NCBI RefSeq assembly: GCF_001194135.2
Contig: NC_068982.1
Coordinates: 69,198,099 to 69,252,661 of the forward strand
Reading direction: 5' to 3'
Origin: Octopus bimaculoides
Taxonomy: Eukaryota
DNA length: 54,563 bases
The notes below the pieces were generated by a model, which was given only the letters and a program-made list of their open reading frames with translations, did not search any database and had not been told where the DNA came from. This document shows, piece by piece, positions 1 to 12,980 of this stretch. Both the position numbers and the translations under genes were made by a program. The stretch's first letter is position 1. Every line of letters begins with the position of its first letter.

Positions 1-29
1 TATGTATGTATGTATGTATGTATGTATCC

Positions 30-235
30 GTGTGCTTGTTTGGGCTTGTTAACCTACGGCTTGAGAACTAGTGTTGGTTTGTTTACATCTTCATAACTTA
101 GTGGTTAGGCAAAAGACGCTTATAAAATTGGTACAAGACTTAAAAAGAGGCATTGAGATCGATTTACTCGACTAAACTCTTCAAGACGGTGCCCCAGCAT
201 GGCCGAGATCCTAAGACAGTAAAAGAATATAAATA
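30..235 (+). mobile_element. SINE-B 3' module (diverged)
   Basis: Matches the tail of the full copy at 38294-38705 (cttgacaac...gtttac...aacttag...ggtgccccagcatggcc...gtaaaagaata), preceded by (TATG)n. Confidence 0.6.
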
Positions 236-1759
236 GTCATAGTGAAAGGCATAAAATAGCAGCTTTCATTTATTATTCGCTTAAAACTTTGGACTTCATA
301 TCTACTTTGCAGAGGTTAAAGCAAGGACTGCTGTATATGCTCTGCTTGCTTTTCAGACACTCTGATAGGGCCATAAATGCCTACAAATGGAAATAGCTAC
401 GAAATCCTAATTAATTTAGGAATACAATGATAGCAAGAATGTGTTGAATTAATATTCGGCTATTTCAGTAGTTTATGCACCATAAAGTTTTGCTGCATTT
501 TGTGGCCCAGCTTCAAGATCTTTAACCACAAATCTATAACCTCACGTAGTCTCCTATAGAATGGATGGTCACTCTTGTTATTTCTGTTATTCTAAGGAAT
601 TTATTCATAAGGAACAGTGTAGAAAGCAAATCGTGAATGCTATCTCTGGTTATTATTATCATTATCTCATTTACTCTCATTATGAATTAGAAGCCAATAA
701 TTTGGATACACGCCCCCGAAATATTTATTTGATTTAGAGTTATAAAATTATTAATTTGTGGGATAATCTTGAGCAAGTATTAATACGGGAAGTAACAGAA
801 ACTGTAAAATACCGAACAAAATATAGTATATAATTACTTTTCTCTATGATTTGGGTTCAAATCCCGTTGGTATCGATAAAATCAAACTTGGGATTGATTA
901 AATCTAATAAAATCTTCTCTTGATAATTTGAGGTTAAGTGGTTTGAATGCATTTGGCATAAGTCTGCTCTGCAACTAAAGCTAAAAATTAATTTCCATAA
1001 AGTATTCCACTGTTAGTTAAGTTTTACGAGCTCCATTTTAAAATTTCAATCCTTATAAGAATTGTCTTTCATTTTCTAAATATCTGTTTTGTTAATTTAT
1101 AATATTATATTAGTTTCTAACATTCACATACCAATAAAACGTACACCATTCATATACAGGGTTGATTCTAAGAGTTGACTCCATTCCTTTACCATTCTCA
1201 CACAACGGTCTTTTAACTAGACATCTTAAATCAACTTGTCTAGAAAATCATTTCTAACAACTGTGTTGAAAAATAACATTGAACAATATCAGCTCAATGA
1301 TACAAATTATTGAATGGATTTCAGTATAATACTGGTATTTATCAATCAGTGTTGGATCCTCCCCGTGCTCGTTCGATCTGCAAGAAGCAATAGCTCGAAT
1401 CTCCCTCAAATCGAACTCTACTGTCTCTTAAAAAAGGGAATGACATTGGATAATGTAACCCTAGATATATTCTCCTCGACTAGCTAACAGAAGGTTAGTA
1501 CTTGAATACATTTGATCCTAAGTCTGCTCAATCAGGTTGTATCTGCGACAAAACTACAAGTATTTTAACAACTCTTTACAGCTGTAAGCTTTCGGAGATT
1601 TGTGACACCAAAATATATTCTGTAAAGCTACTATGGTTATTGTTGTTTAATTATGAAATTTTTAAGCGAGAAAATGCGAACATTTCATGCCTGTGGCCTT
1701 TCTGAAGTGGTTAGTGACTTTGCTAATGTGAACTCAGTCTTCTTTTATTCATCAATAAC

Positions 1760-2520
1760 TTACCTGCAGTGTACAGCATTCAACAAGTATGCCTTATTTC
1801 TAATATACGTTGCTATATTACATGTCACCTCTACTGTACGGGACTCAGTATTTCATGTTTTATTTCTGTATTGCATTTGTATACCTACTGTACGGTGTAT
1901 ATACACTACATTTTAGTTATACTGTACGGTGTTCTCACTACATGTCCGATCTCTATTGTACAGTGTGATATACTACATGTCTTAACTAAACTCTAAGATT
2001 CTATACATCACATGTTTTACATTACTGTTTGGTTCATTACAAGTTCTTACTTTTATAGAATTCAATGCCACGAGACATACCAGTCCAGTGCTCACTACTA
2101 CTACATGACTTATCTGTATGGTGTTCCATATTACATGTTTCACCAAAGCAGCGAGATGGCAGGATCGTTAGCACGGTGGGCAAAGTGCTTAGCGGCATTT
2201 CGTCCGTCTTTACGTTCTGAGTTCAAATTCCGCTGAGGTCGATTTTGCTTTTCATCCTTCCGAAGTCGATTAAATAAGTACCTCACCCGAAATTGCTGGC
2301 CTTGTGCCAAAATTTGAAATCAATATTACATGTCACCTGTAAAGTGCTGAGCTCAGTATTAAATGTTTTACTTCTAAGGTGCTCAGTAATACTTGTCGCC
2401 TTTATATGGTGCTCAGCACTACATAACTTACTTATAATCTGCTCACTACTACATAATTTACCTATAAGATGCTCAGTATTTCACGTTTAATCAGCACTAC
2501 TTAATTTACCTGTAAAGCAC
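1760..2520. repeat. Degenerate ~32-bp minisatellite interrupted by a SINE-A
   Basis: Recurring tactacatgt/tattacatgt...ctgta..gtgctcag motifs about every 30-36 bp on both sides of the SINE at 2145-2322. Confidence 0.55.
2145..2322 (+). mobile_element. SINE-A (tRNA-derived) with imperfect TSD
   Basis: A-box-like tggcaggatcg and B-box gagttcaaatt; flanked by atattacatgt(t)tcacc at 2128-2144 and 2323-2337. Confidence 0.85.
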
Positions 2521-4353
2521 AAACTCTCAAATATTCAAGTTTAACCGTTAAATTTTTTTCAATCTTCCAAGATCAAAATACCTGTACTTATTTTATTTAT
2601 CATTATTTTTCATTTTATGGTTATGAATTAAATTTTCACCCCTCGATATGTTACCAATTCCTTTAAAACAATGAGGAGCAGTTTGTTGGAAATTTAGTTG
2701 CTAACTCTATTCGTTGCATATCCAACCAAATAAATAACATTAATAACTTCTTTGGACCTAATTGCTGTGCTTGCTTATGTTCGCCAATAAGGGCAGGAAA
2801 ATAGCGACAGTCGATTACCAATCGTGTCCATCTCGTCTGCCACGCATGGGAGCCATCATCAGCTCCCACAAGCATACAAACAAGCCAAACGAAGAAGACT
2901 TTACGTGATGTCTTGACCTGCTACAAACAGAGTAGCCATATCTTCTTCAAATGACATCATGCCCTCTTAAGTAACAAAAGATGTTAGATAACACAGTCTG
3001 CTGGAATGCCTTTGATCACAGACTTGGGTCTAAGCAATAAGAATACTAAAGTAAACTGGAAAGTGAGTGGGGGAAGAGGAAGTGACATTCTCAGATTGCC
3101 ACACGGCAGCCCTTCAACTAAACCCCTTCTTGCAGTAGTGAACAACATGGTTCTGCAGTTGGCAGGGACATAATAAATTTAACGAAATTGTTCTGCGAAA
3201 CGTACTCTACCCATTAGCTCGACTACAATAGGTGTCATAGATCTATTTGTTTAGGTCTGACCTGGGGTTAATAAATCACAATAGTTACAACGGTATTGAA
3301 CCCATTGAGTTCACGACACCGATTTTAATAGTTAATTGAATTCTGTGGCCACCATTTTTGTTATAAATGACCTCGGAGAAAACATAAACGTCACCAATAT
3401 TCTCTCCCTATTATCTATAAATCTGAGAGGTATTTGCCTATAGAAAGAAATCGATAATAAAATAAAATAAAATAAAAATTACAAAAGCAGATGAGAATCG
3501 ATCTAAATGATAGATCCATAACTTTATATTCGCGTTGCCATGCAACAAGTGTTAGGTAAATATAAGTAGGCTATCACTAGGTTGTCAACCAGACAAGTTC
3601 CGTGATGTCTTGCTCAACCAATAGATATAAAGTCAATAATTTGGTCGGAAATGATTGAACATTATAACCTTGTGATTGACTCAATATAACACAAACGCAC
3701 ATATACATATAAAAAGCTTTATATTTCCGTATTGTAGATTCATAGAACCTTTTTCTATTTATTATTTTTATTTTGTTATGCTGGACGTACGCCTATAAAT
3801 ACAGTCATATATTTCAGAAAATCTATCTATCTATCTATCTATCTATCTATTTTTTTCTCTTTTCTCTCAATTATACACGTGTAATATATATACACATACG
3901 TGTATGTGTGAATGTATGAGCACGATGTATATATATATATATATATATATATNNNNNNNNNNNNNNNNNNNNNNNNNNNNNNNNNNNNNNNNNNNNNNNN
4001 NNNNNNNNNNNNNNNNNNNNNNNNNNNNNNNNNNNNNNNNNNNNNNNNNNNNNNNNNNNNNNNNNNNNNNNNNNNNNNNNNNNNNNNNNNNNNNNNNNNN
4101 NNNNNNNNNNNNNNNNNNNNNNNNNNNNNNNNNNNNNNNNNNNNNNNNNNNNNNNNNNNNNNNNNNNNNNNNNNNNNNNNNNNNNNNNNNNNNNNNNNNN
4201 NNNNNNNNNNNNNNNNNNNNNNNNNNNNNNNNNNNNNNNNNNNNNNNNNNNNNNNNNNNNNNNNNNNNNNNNNNNNNNNNNNNNNNNNNNNNNNNNNNNN
4301 NNNNNNNNNNNNNNNNNNNNNNNNNNNNNNNNNNNNNNNNNNNNNNNNNNNNN

Positions 4354-4413
<60 letters not shown>

Positions 4414-4693
4414 TGCGCATATATGCAAGTTTTTGGTAATGGTGGTTGAATGAATGGAATGTAACTCGACTCTACGTACGTGACTTCAACCATTATTCTT
4501 AGGAACCCGATGTATTTTAAAATGCGTTTCCTTGCAGCCTTTGAATAAATGAACTGATCACAATTCGATGAATATGGTTCATTTCCTATTCTGTAACATA
4601 AGACTATTCAAAGAATATTGTCTCATCTATCGTGTTTTACTTTCCGTTTCGAGGTTTTAGATCTGAAACTAGATGAATTGTAAGAATGTCGGG

Positions 4694-5107
4694 CTACCAG
4701 CTAGGTACGGTGCCGTAGTTCGTGTTCGTGGCAGCCTACATCAATGTCCATTTGTAGCTAGCTGTTAATAGGGTAGCCCTTGTGTTCTATTATACGTAGC
4801 AAGAGCAGTGTATCCATTAATGAACTACCAGCTAGGTAAAGGCTGATGGTTTGTGATAAAAACAATTAACATCATTAGTTCTTATATATATAATTAGTTG
4901 CTAATAAGATACCCCTAATGTTTTACATCTCACCATTGTACTTAGCGGGAGTAGTATTTCTATAAATGAACTATCAACTAGGTACGACGCTGTGGTTTGT
5001 GATCGTGACAGTTAACATTGGTGGTCCTTATATATAGCCAGCTGCTAATAAGGTGCAGCAATGTTGAATAGCTTACCATTGCGCGTAGTGTCTTTTTATC
5101 CATTATG
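4694..5107. repeat. Three diverged tandem units of ~131-146 bp
   Basis: Unit starts ctaccagctaggta at 4694 and 4825 and ctatcaactaggta at 4971; shared gtttgtgat, gctaataag and tccattaatgaa blocks. Confidence 0.65.
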
Positions 5108-5579
5108 GGTTTTGTTAAGTATTGTAGCTTTGTTAAAACATCTCAAGAATATTTTATTTTGGGGGAAATAGATTCCAGTTGGTCGACTTTATGTTACTCT
5201 GTTCTCAAGACTCAATAGTTCCCAATAATTGATTAATGTGTAGGACCTCTTGTTTACTATTCTATAGCTAAATTGTGTTTTCTTTTTATCTGTTAGTAGG
5301 AATGGGTCGTACCCATGACCTTTACAGTGACATCGAGTGTGGTGGAAGGGAAGGTTTGAGATATCTTCAAGCCGTAGATCTGGGCTGAATGTTTGCGACA
5401 GAGTGGACACAGCTAACGGCACCCAAAGTACCAAGTGATATCACTAAACATTAAACCGGACAAGGATTAAGTCCATATTCGAAGTAGGTTATGATGGGAT
5501 TTGAAGCCAGAATGCAAACGGCCGGGAAAATACCGTAAGGTATCTTATCCGACGTTGTTACACTCCCGCCAATTTGGAC

Positions 5580-5805
5580 ATATTCTTTTACTTTTACATG
5601 TTTCAGTTATTTTGACTGACGCCATGCTGGAGTACCGCCTTAAAGGGTCTTTAGTCGAAGAAATCGATCCCAGTACTTATTCTTTGTAAGCCTAGTAATT
5701 ATTCTATTGGTCTCTTTGCCGAACTGCTAAGTTACGGGGACGTAAACACACCAGCATCAGTTGTCAAGCGATAGTAGGGGACAAATGCAGACTCAAGCAC
5801 ACGCA

Positions 5806-5838
<33 letters not shown>

Positions 5839-6013
5839 TCATATATATACGATAGGCTTCTTTCAGTTTCCGTTGACTAAATCCACTGACAAGGTATTGG
5901 TCGGCCCGAGGCTATAGGAGAAGAAACTTGCCCAAGGTACCACGCAATGGGACTGAACCCGGAACCATGTGGTTGAGAAACATACTGCTTACCACACAGA
6001 CCACGCCTGCGCC
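5580..6013 (-). mobile_element. SINE-B, full length (tRNA-like head, (TG)/(TA) linker, 3' module)
   Basis: Reverse complement aligns end to end with 38294-38705. Confidence 0.85.
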
Positions 6014-6170
6014 TATTTATTATTTTATCGACCCCGAAAGACAAAAGAAAAAAGCAGGTGTCGACTCGATTCGAACTCGGTGCATAAAGAACTGTATCAA
6101 ATATTACGAGGTATTCTACCCGACGCACCAATGACTCTTCTGATTCGCTAACTTGAAGCTAACTTGTTGC
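6014..6170 (-). mobile_element. Diverged SINE-A
   Basis: ttttatcgaccccgaaag and ttcgaactc blocks match the reverse SINE-A pattern. Confidence 0.5.
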
Positions 6171-6495
6171 CACTAAGATTCTTTCGCAGTTGATCATTAT
6201 TGACTTTTATTAGTTAGGTGCCTTAAGATGTCTCTCAAAAGATCAGTGTAGACTGGCGTCCACACTAAGCAATAAACTTTGTAATATTTTTGCTGAAGAA
6301 AGATGGCTGAGTCATCTCCACTTAAAACACTTAAAAATATTTTAGTTGAATCTTGTCGAGTGATATCCAAATGGGCTGAAACATAATTGTGAAATATTAC
6401 CGCAGCACACTGACCTTTCCGTGGATCAGAAGTTTGGTATCTCTCTTCGTGATCTATTCTTATGTATTTTCATACATACATACATGCAAACACAC

Positions 6496-6547
<52 letters not shown>

Positions 6548-7273
6548 TACGTATATATTTCGATGCATATGAATGTATACGCGCTCGCACACGCACATAC
6601 ATATACATATATATATATACATACATACGTATATATTTAACTGCATATGTATGCATACGCGCGCACACCTGCATACATACATTTATATATATATATATAG
6701 GTCTTTGTCTACAGGAGATTGAACTTAACACTGCATATCACCAGAACAATAATCGATTATAAGTGTGTTCGTCACCTGCAGCAGTGAGCACTACTTATGT
6801 CCGTCATAAATATGTCAATTCTAAGAAAGCTGGTATTTCTGAAGAGTCAGCTTCCCTCAGTACATGGCTGTAACCCTATGAGATCCGGGGACAGAGTAAT
6901 TGGGCTGTTATTGCTGTTTTTGCCAGTTTGAAATAAAGAAAATGATAATAAAAAAATATAATAAAACGATTCTGACAGCCTGATGTAGCAACACCAGTGA
7001 AGGGATTCGACAAGAGATTCGTCTAGAGAAAAGCAGATAAGATAAGTCAGAGTCGAAAACAGTGAAGGAAAGACATCAATAACCTATGCTCCGGAGGGAG
7101 CGAAAGGCTTAAGTATCTAAGTAATGATACCCATTTTTCACAGAGGAAGAAATGAAAAGTATTGATACGTTTTGAATCCTTTGTTCTATGGCTGGTAACA
7201 CTCGAAACCACAGGGTGACGGGACCTGATATTCTGATATTATCTAAAAGCTAACGGAGTAATATGAACTATAA

Positions 7274-8700
7274 CACTGGGAAGCAGAATTTTCGTTGAGT
7301 TAGATCTGACACCTGTTTTAGACCAACTTTTAGCCTCTGAATCCGAAAATGACCTCAGTCATTCTATATCACATCAACTTCTTGAGCCACAGGATATCCT
7401 CACTTTGTCTAAAAGAAAAAAACATGAAATATCGTACCTAACAGATTTGTGCTTATTTTATAGAATGTATTACAAATCTGCATACAATGGAAAATAATAA
7501 AACATTTCTTGACTATAATGTTTGTACAAATTTATCTTGTTCCCACAAAGGATATTGTTACTGTGAATCAAATTGTGTACAAGTTGTTAAGGTAACAATT
7601 CACGTTTATAGCTTTTCCTTGAGTGTTCAATCTGTGGACAATTTCATTTTCATCTCCAACAATAGTCAGCCATTATATTTGTATTCCATCTACCTTAATA
7701 CCGTTCCTCTATGAGCGTCAAGTGCAGAGGTGGGATACAATTTTCTTTATGTAAGCAAATGGCTAGTGTAGAATGCTGGGATCACCAGGTTTGAGGTCAG
7801 ATCATGGAGGCCAATTCCTCTCCACCCAATGTTTCTTCTGAGCTCAGCTGTCCCACACGTATAGAAAGCAGGGATACTTTGTGTACCTGCATTGCTGATC
7901 AAGAAGAAAGCATGCCATTTTAAGTTCAACATAGATAATCCAATTGTGTTTGTGATATTGCAACAACTCAATGACTCTCTTTTTGTCTCCATATCCTTCA
8001 CAAAGATAATGTAAATGCCATGTTGGGACTGCATCGTATAAATTGCCATTGTAGAGGAGGATACAGTTTAATCTCTGCTTTGAGTTATCAATGAACAATC
8101 ACCATTCGAGTTGTTGATCGGAATTCTCAATTCCTTCAATAAATCTACCATGTTATGGCAATACACAAACCTACCGCCATTTCGAAAGTACTGCAGAAAT
8201 GCACTCCCCCTGAATCAAAAGCTGAATGCGGCACTGGATAAATAGCTGATACTAGTCTAGGATACTCGATTTTAGATTTTTTTGTTTTGTTATATCCTAA
8301 AGTTTTCACTAAACAAATGTAACAGTCAGTGCAATGATCATTATAGGTGTACCAGATATAGGTGTACCAAATTATAGGTGTACCAAATACCAACTTATCA
8401 CGTGCTCTCCTGGTCTACATCGGTAAACTCTCGACACACTTCTTGCACTCCTTGTGAGGGGGCCAAGACTTGTCTTAAACACCAACTCTTACTTTAAAAT
8501 AAGCAAAATAGCTTGGTTTCGCAAATGCACCAATGTTTGTCTTTTAACTGGGAATGTTGAAACTGCCACAGATATAGCAAAAGGAATCGAGGCTGTTTAG
8601 GCGCTTACGATAAGAAGTAGCAGGAGGAGACATGATTTCAAAGAAAGGAAAAAGTACCAGAATAAAAATTAAGTTGAACAGTCACAAGCTTAGACAAAAC
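7274..8700 (-). mobile_element. Internally deleted Chapaev3-like (CMC superfamily) DNA transposon
   Basis: CACTGGG-type terminus at 7274 preceded by TAA; contains the transposase remnant 7587-8633. The other terminus was not clearly found. Family name is from recalled motif similarity. Confidence 0.72.
7587..8633 (-). pseudogene. Chapaev3-type transposase remnant
   Basis: Hand translation: MSPP..DSFCYICGSF..DKSWPPHKECKKCVESL..FGTPIIW..DHCTDCYIC..GYNKTKKSKIEYPRLVSAIYPVPHS // FVYCHNMVDLL..EW*LFIDNSK..LLQYHKHNWII..KYPCFLYVWDS*AQKKHW..PPLHL // EERY*GRWNTNIMADYCW..HSRKSYKRELLP*. Several stops are CGA>TGA changes; two large internal deletions. Confidence 0.85.
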
Positions 8701-9608
8701 AAAAAAAAAATGCTTACATAAGGTTTACTAACCCCTTTCATACAAACTTTCATGTATTATTTTCAATAATACAATAGCAATCAACTATATAGAGTAGCCG
8801 CAGAGACTCGTAACCACTATTGTATATAAATTTGAGTATTCTACATAAACGTATATGGATATGCATCCATAAATGAATATACATTCATCTGCATTCATAC
8901 AAATACACGATACGTACATATACATTCACACAAATACACCGTAAGAAAAAAGAACGGGATAGAAACTTAGGCCTCACACCCCAGGACAGAATCCCTCCAC
9001 ACTTCAAATCAACAATTCATTCACTTCAAAACCTTGTCGTCTGTTCTCCACTGCACAAATCTATTCCCAGGCTTCCTAGAATTCGAATCTTCTGCCCAAC
9101 AGTGCTTGTCACTTCCCTTTCTTGGCCATATTCATATAATTTCATGCATCTTAAACCCAAGCTTGCCTCTAGCCTCCATTTTTCAAAATTTTCTTAACCC
9201 TTAACAATTGAAGAATAACTGAGGTATCTGATTAGTCAATAATTGTGATTTATTTTTTGGAGGAAGATTTGATACTGGCTATAGACTGCCACCATTTAAA
9301 AACTCAACCTAAATCTTCGGATCTGAAAAATTCTCGCTCCTAATCAATAAAATAGTAAAAGCAATCAGCTGACCAGTCCTATTACTTACAGACAAACAAT
9401 ACATTTGTCCTTATTCGGAGACTAAGCAGCAGAAAAGATCTGACGTGAGATCAGAAAACTGTAGTTTTGAAATCAACATGTCAATTTTAGTCTCAATGAA
9501 GTGAAAAATTGAGCTCAACGGAAATTATGCTGAAAATTATTCCTCGGTGTTATTGATTTCTTATATTTTCGTAAGGCTCCAAATCTGTAGCAAGAGGATT
9601 GATATGCA

Positions 9609-9838
9609 TCTTATTTCTTTATTGCCTACAAGGGGCTAAACATAGAGGGGACAAACAAGGACAGACAAAGGGATTAAGTCGATTACATCGACCCCAGTGC
9701 GTAACTGGTACTTATTTTATCGATTTCGAAAGGATGAAAGGCAAAGTCAACCTCGGCGGAATTTGAACTGAGAACGTAACGGCAGACGAAATACCGCTGA
9801 GCATTTCGCCCGGCATGCTAACGTTCCTGCCAGCGCTG
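9609..9838 (-). mobile_element. SINE-A, long-tail variant
   Basis: Reverse complement nearly identical to 22190-22410 and 27774-28003. Confidence 0.9.
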
Positions 9839-10484
9839 AAGGTTTGTTATTTATTAATGTTACAGTAGTGCTATTGTTTACAACTCTCAAATCTGCATTG
9901 CGCGATGTTATTTTGAGGTTGAGAGTATTGGCCATTGAAAAGTTAAGTGTCACGATTGACCGCTAATACAATGCAGTGTAGGATACAAAACACCAACTTC
10001 CTGGCTGACTGTCGATATCCTATCGATTCGGCTACTAGCACATTTGCAAAATCGATATATATCGATATATATCAAATGATAGGCTACAATATAACAATCG
10101 TATTCCGATATTCTATGAAGCCAAACCTCAGTTGAAGGAAAGCCAGAGTGAAGCATATAAACGCTAAATGCCAGGAATGCGGAATAAACAAATAAAAGTT
10201 GATGACGTTACTTTATGTTAATTGTTTCTTGAAGCACACCGCATATGATAGCTTACATATTTGTATGCCTTAATTTTTCTTGGAAGACCGTTTTGAGATA
10301 AAAAAAACCTAAATTTAGTAGGAGCACGTGATCAAGAACTGGACTGTAGCAGTTTTGTGTCTCCTTCGAGACAAATTTCTCCTTCGACACAAATTTCTGC
10401 ATGGATTCCCAGTATATAATCATTTACATAATCAAGTGTTTCTATGATAAACATAAACTGATAATAATTGTGTATTAAACCATA

Positions 10485-10785
10485 CGAGGGCTGGCAGAAA
10501 AGTTCATAGGTTGATCAAGATACTCTCATGGAATGTGACCAAATGAAGTTTATTTTTAACATAGTCCCCCTTGCGGTTCATACACTTTTTCATCCATGTT
10601 GCAGTGCTTGGATCCTAAGCTTCTTCATCATTGGAATCATTGAAAAAGCTTTCATCCTGTTGGTCAAAAAGCTATCAACAGCAGATAGGACATTATCATC
10701 ATTGCGATACTAGTCCCCAGCCAAAAATGTTCTCGTGTAGGAGAACAGATGATAGTCAGATGAGGCCAAACCAGGAGAATAGGGA
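10485..10785 (-). mobile_element. mariner transposon 3' end fragment
   Basis: TA|CGAGGG...AAAAGTT terminus at 10483-10503; minus strand encodes PYSPGLASSDYHLF (YSPDLAPSDYHLF motif) through a GDYV-like C-terminus, with stops and frameshifts. Confidence 0.8.
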
Positions 10786-11047
10786 TCTTCGTAGAATTTG
10801 AACTCAGAACGTAAAGATCTGGAGAAACTAACAATGCTCTAATGAGTCTACTATGCCATCGACTTAAGCCAAAATACTAAACAACACTGATAATTAGAAG
10901 AAAATTATTGCTAGATTTTTAGAAAAAGGTTTAAACATTGTACATATATGAAAATTTTAAAGGTTTCAAGTGGTGTTGAATCCTTAAACATTTACAGTAT
11001 TTAAAAAAAGTTTTTAATTAAAATTTTAAACACGCTTTCTTTGCAAG

Positions 11048-11135
11048 TTCATTGATCGTTATATGAATAGCAGTCTCGGCCATAAAAACCATGCACTAGA
11101 CCTGTTGTTTATGTGGATACTCATTTGGTGTGAAG
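11048..11135 (+). CDS. Candidate exon of an unidentified multi-exon gene (FIDRYMNSSLGHKNHALDLLFMWILIWCE+g)
   Basis: Acceptor ctttctttgcaag|, donor gaag|gtaggt; phase 0 to 1; only this frame joins the next exon without a stop. Confidence 0.55.
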
Positions 11136-11500
11136 GTAGGTGATTAATGTGATCTGCTCATTATACCAATTTTTCTACTTGTAGAATTCCATGTTTACTA
11201 TGTCACTGGAATGTAAGAGCCGGAAGGAGAAAGAGAAGCACTTAGGAGACAGCTTTCTATTAATGACGTCAAAAACAAAAATATGTTTGTACATGTTTTG
11301 TGTAACAGCAATCGGATTTTCACCCCTCTTTGCATGAAAATTGAAGTTTCTATGAAACTATTTTCATGTAGGGCCTCTGTTAACCACATATTTATACATA
11401 TATGAGCAGGTCTGATCAAGATTTTTTAAGGAAGACTGGAAGTTGTCCTTATATTAAAGTTTCTCCTTCTGCATGGTACCGATGTTTGTCTAAAGGATAG

Positions 11501-11640
11501 ACCGCCGACTTGGGCTAACACAACTTGCCACTGTTCTATCATCACTGATGTTGTTGCCAGAACGCAAAGAGATAGAACAGATAGCGCAAAGCATCTCGTC
11601 CGATTCTTTTACAGTATCGCCAATCTATCGCTTTGAATTG
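11501..11640 (+). CDS. Candidate exon ((D)RRLGLTQLATVLSSLMLLPERKEIEQIAQSISSDSFTVSPIYRFEL)
   Basis: Acceptor gatag|, donor ttg|gtaaca; phase 1 to 0; in-frame stops just outside both ends (11491, ~11662). Confidence 0.55.
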
Positions 11641-12062
11641 GTAACATTTTTTTATCGATTTGTAAAGAAGAAAAGGTAAAATTGACTGAAGTGGAATTTG
11701 AGCTTGCAATATAGAGGAGTAGAAACAAATACCACTAGGTATTCTATTCAACATTCTATTGACTCAACCAATTCGCCGCCTTAAATAATTCATAACTACT
11801 TGAAATTATCTCTCTTCTTTAAAAATAGCTAACAGTTGCTGCCAGATTGAGTTCTTTCTCCAACTAAGTGGCAATTTTCAGCTGATTGCGAATCGTTTGC
11901 GTGTTTCACTCAGTACATCATCATCTATCTGAATCATAAGCATATACAGTTGTGTCACACAATTCACTTGGACGACACGAAACCTGAAATATTGTTTCAA
12001 CACATCACTAAACCTCGTAAACTTACTAGGAATAAAACTTAAATATAGACAAACATTGAAAG

Positions 12063-12140
12063 GATATTTCATTTGGATCTTTTCACCCGGTTGTAGCCAG
12101 CATGGTGACCACAGAATACAAAGAACAAAAGCTTCTAACG
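12063..12140 (+). CDS. Candidate exon (DISFGSFHPVVASMVTTEYKEQKLLT)
   Basis: Strong donor acg|gtaagt; phase-0 acceptor tgaaag| is pyrimidine-poor; frame is also open to TAA at 12243-12245. Confidence 0.45.
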
Positions 12141-12879
12141 GTAAGTGAAGTCATGAAACTTCCTCGTAATTTCTGCGACGACAACCTCGGTTGTTATCAA
12201 AGAATAGTGGTCCGAAGACAATTGCCAAATTTAGCACTGCGTTAAATATGAAGATTTGCATAGTTTCTTCTTCTCTTCACACATTTCTGTTACACTCCAA
12301 CCACCACCAATACCACCTTCCATTCTACACATTCTCCCAATATACTAAAAAGAAGTCATAAATATAATTATAGAAGAAAGATAGTGGAAACTTGCTACGA
12401 TGTAAGTAAAAGCGAAGAAATTGCCTTAAGAATATTGCACTTTCTCTTTTAAAATCATAACTCACACAACCTAATACATATGAGAAGAAAATTGCAATTC
12501 ACTGAGAGAGAATCAATATTCTGTTTGGCGAATCCTGGCGAGTTCTCATTTTGAGACAAGACTTCCTGCCAACAACCACACGCTGATTAAAGGTCATGTG
12601 ACGCCGCCTTAGTTCGCTGTGCTGGTTTTATTGAATTTTATGTATATCTTCGAAATTATCTATCCATCTAGCCAACTGTCCACCGATTTATCTCTCTCTC
12701 CCTCTCTCACTCCGTTTCTGTCTTTCTCTCCTCTTTCTTTGTCTCTTTGTACACATACACACGCACACACACACACAAACACACACACGCACGCATATAT
12801 GTGTATATATGAATAATAATAATATATATGTTTACATATCCATACATCTTACAATATATCCACCTTTTTATCCATCACA

Positions 12880-12980
12880 TTCCTTCCTTCCTTTCTTTCT
12901 CTCTTCCTTCCTTCCTTCTTTCCTTCCTCCCTTCCTTCTTTCCTTCCTTCCTACCTTCCTTCCTTCTTTCCTTCCTTCCA
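12880..12980. repeat. (TTCC)n microsatellite
   Basis: Direct read. Confidence 0.9.

Noticed and set aside
9090-9104. ttctgcccaacagtg as the second Chapaev terminus
   Set aside because: Only 11/15 match to the 7274 terminus, and the flank (ctt) does not match the TAA on the other side.
10359-10400. 18-bp tandem duplication (tctccttcga(g/c)acaaatt) and a 16-bp AT palindrome near 10056
   Set aside because: Ordinary slippage products.
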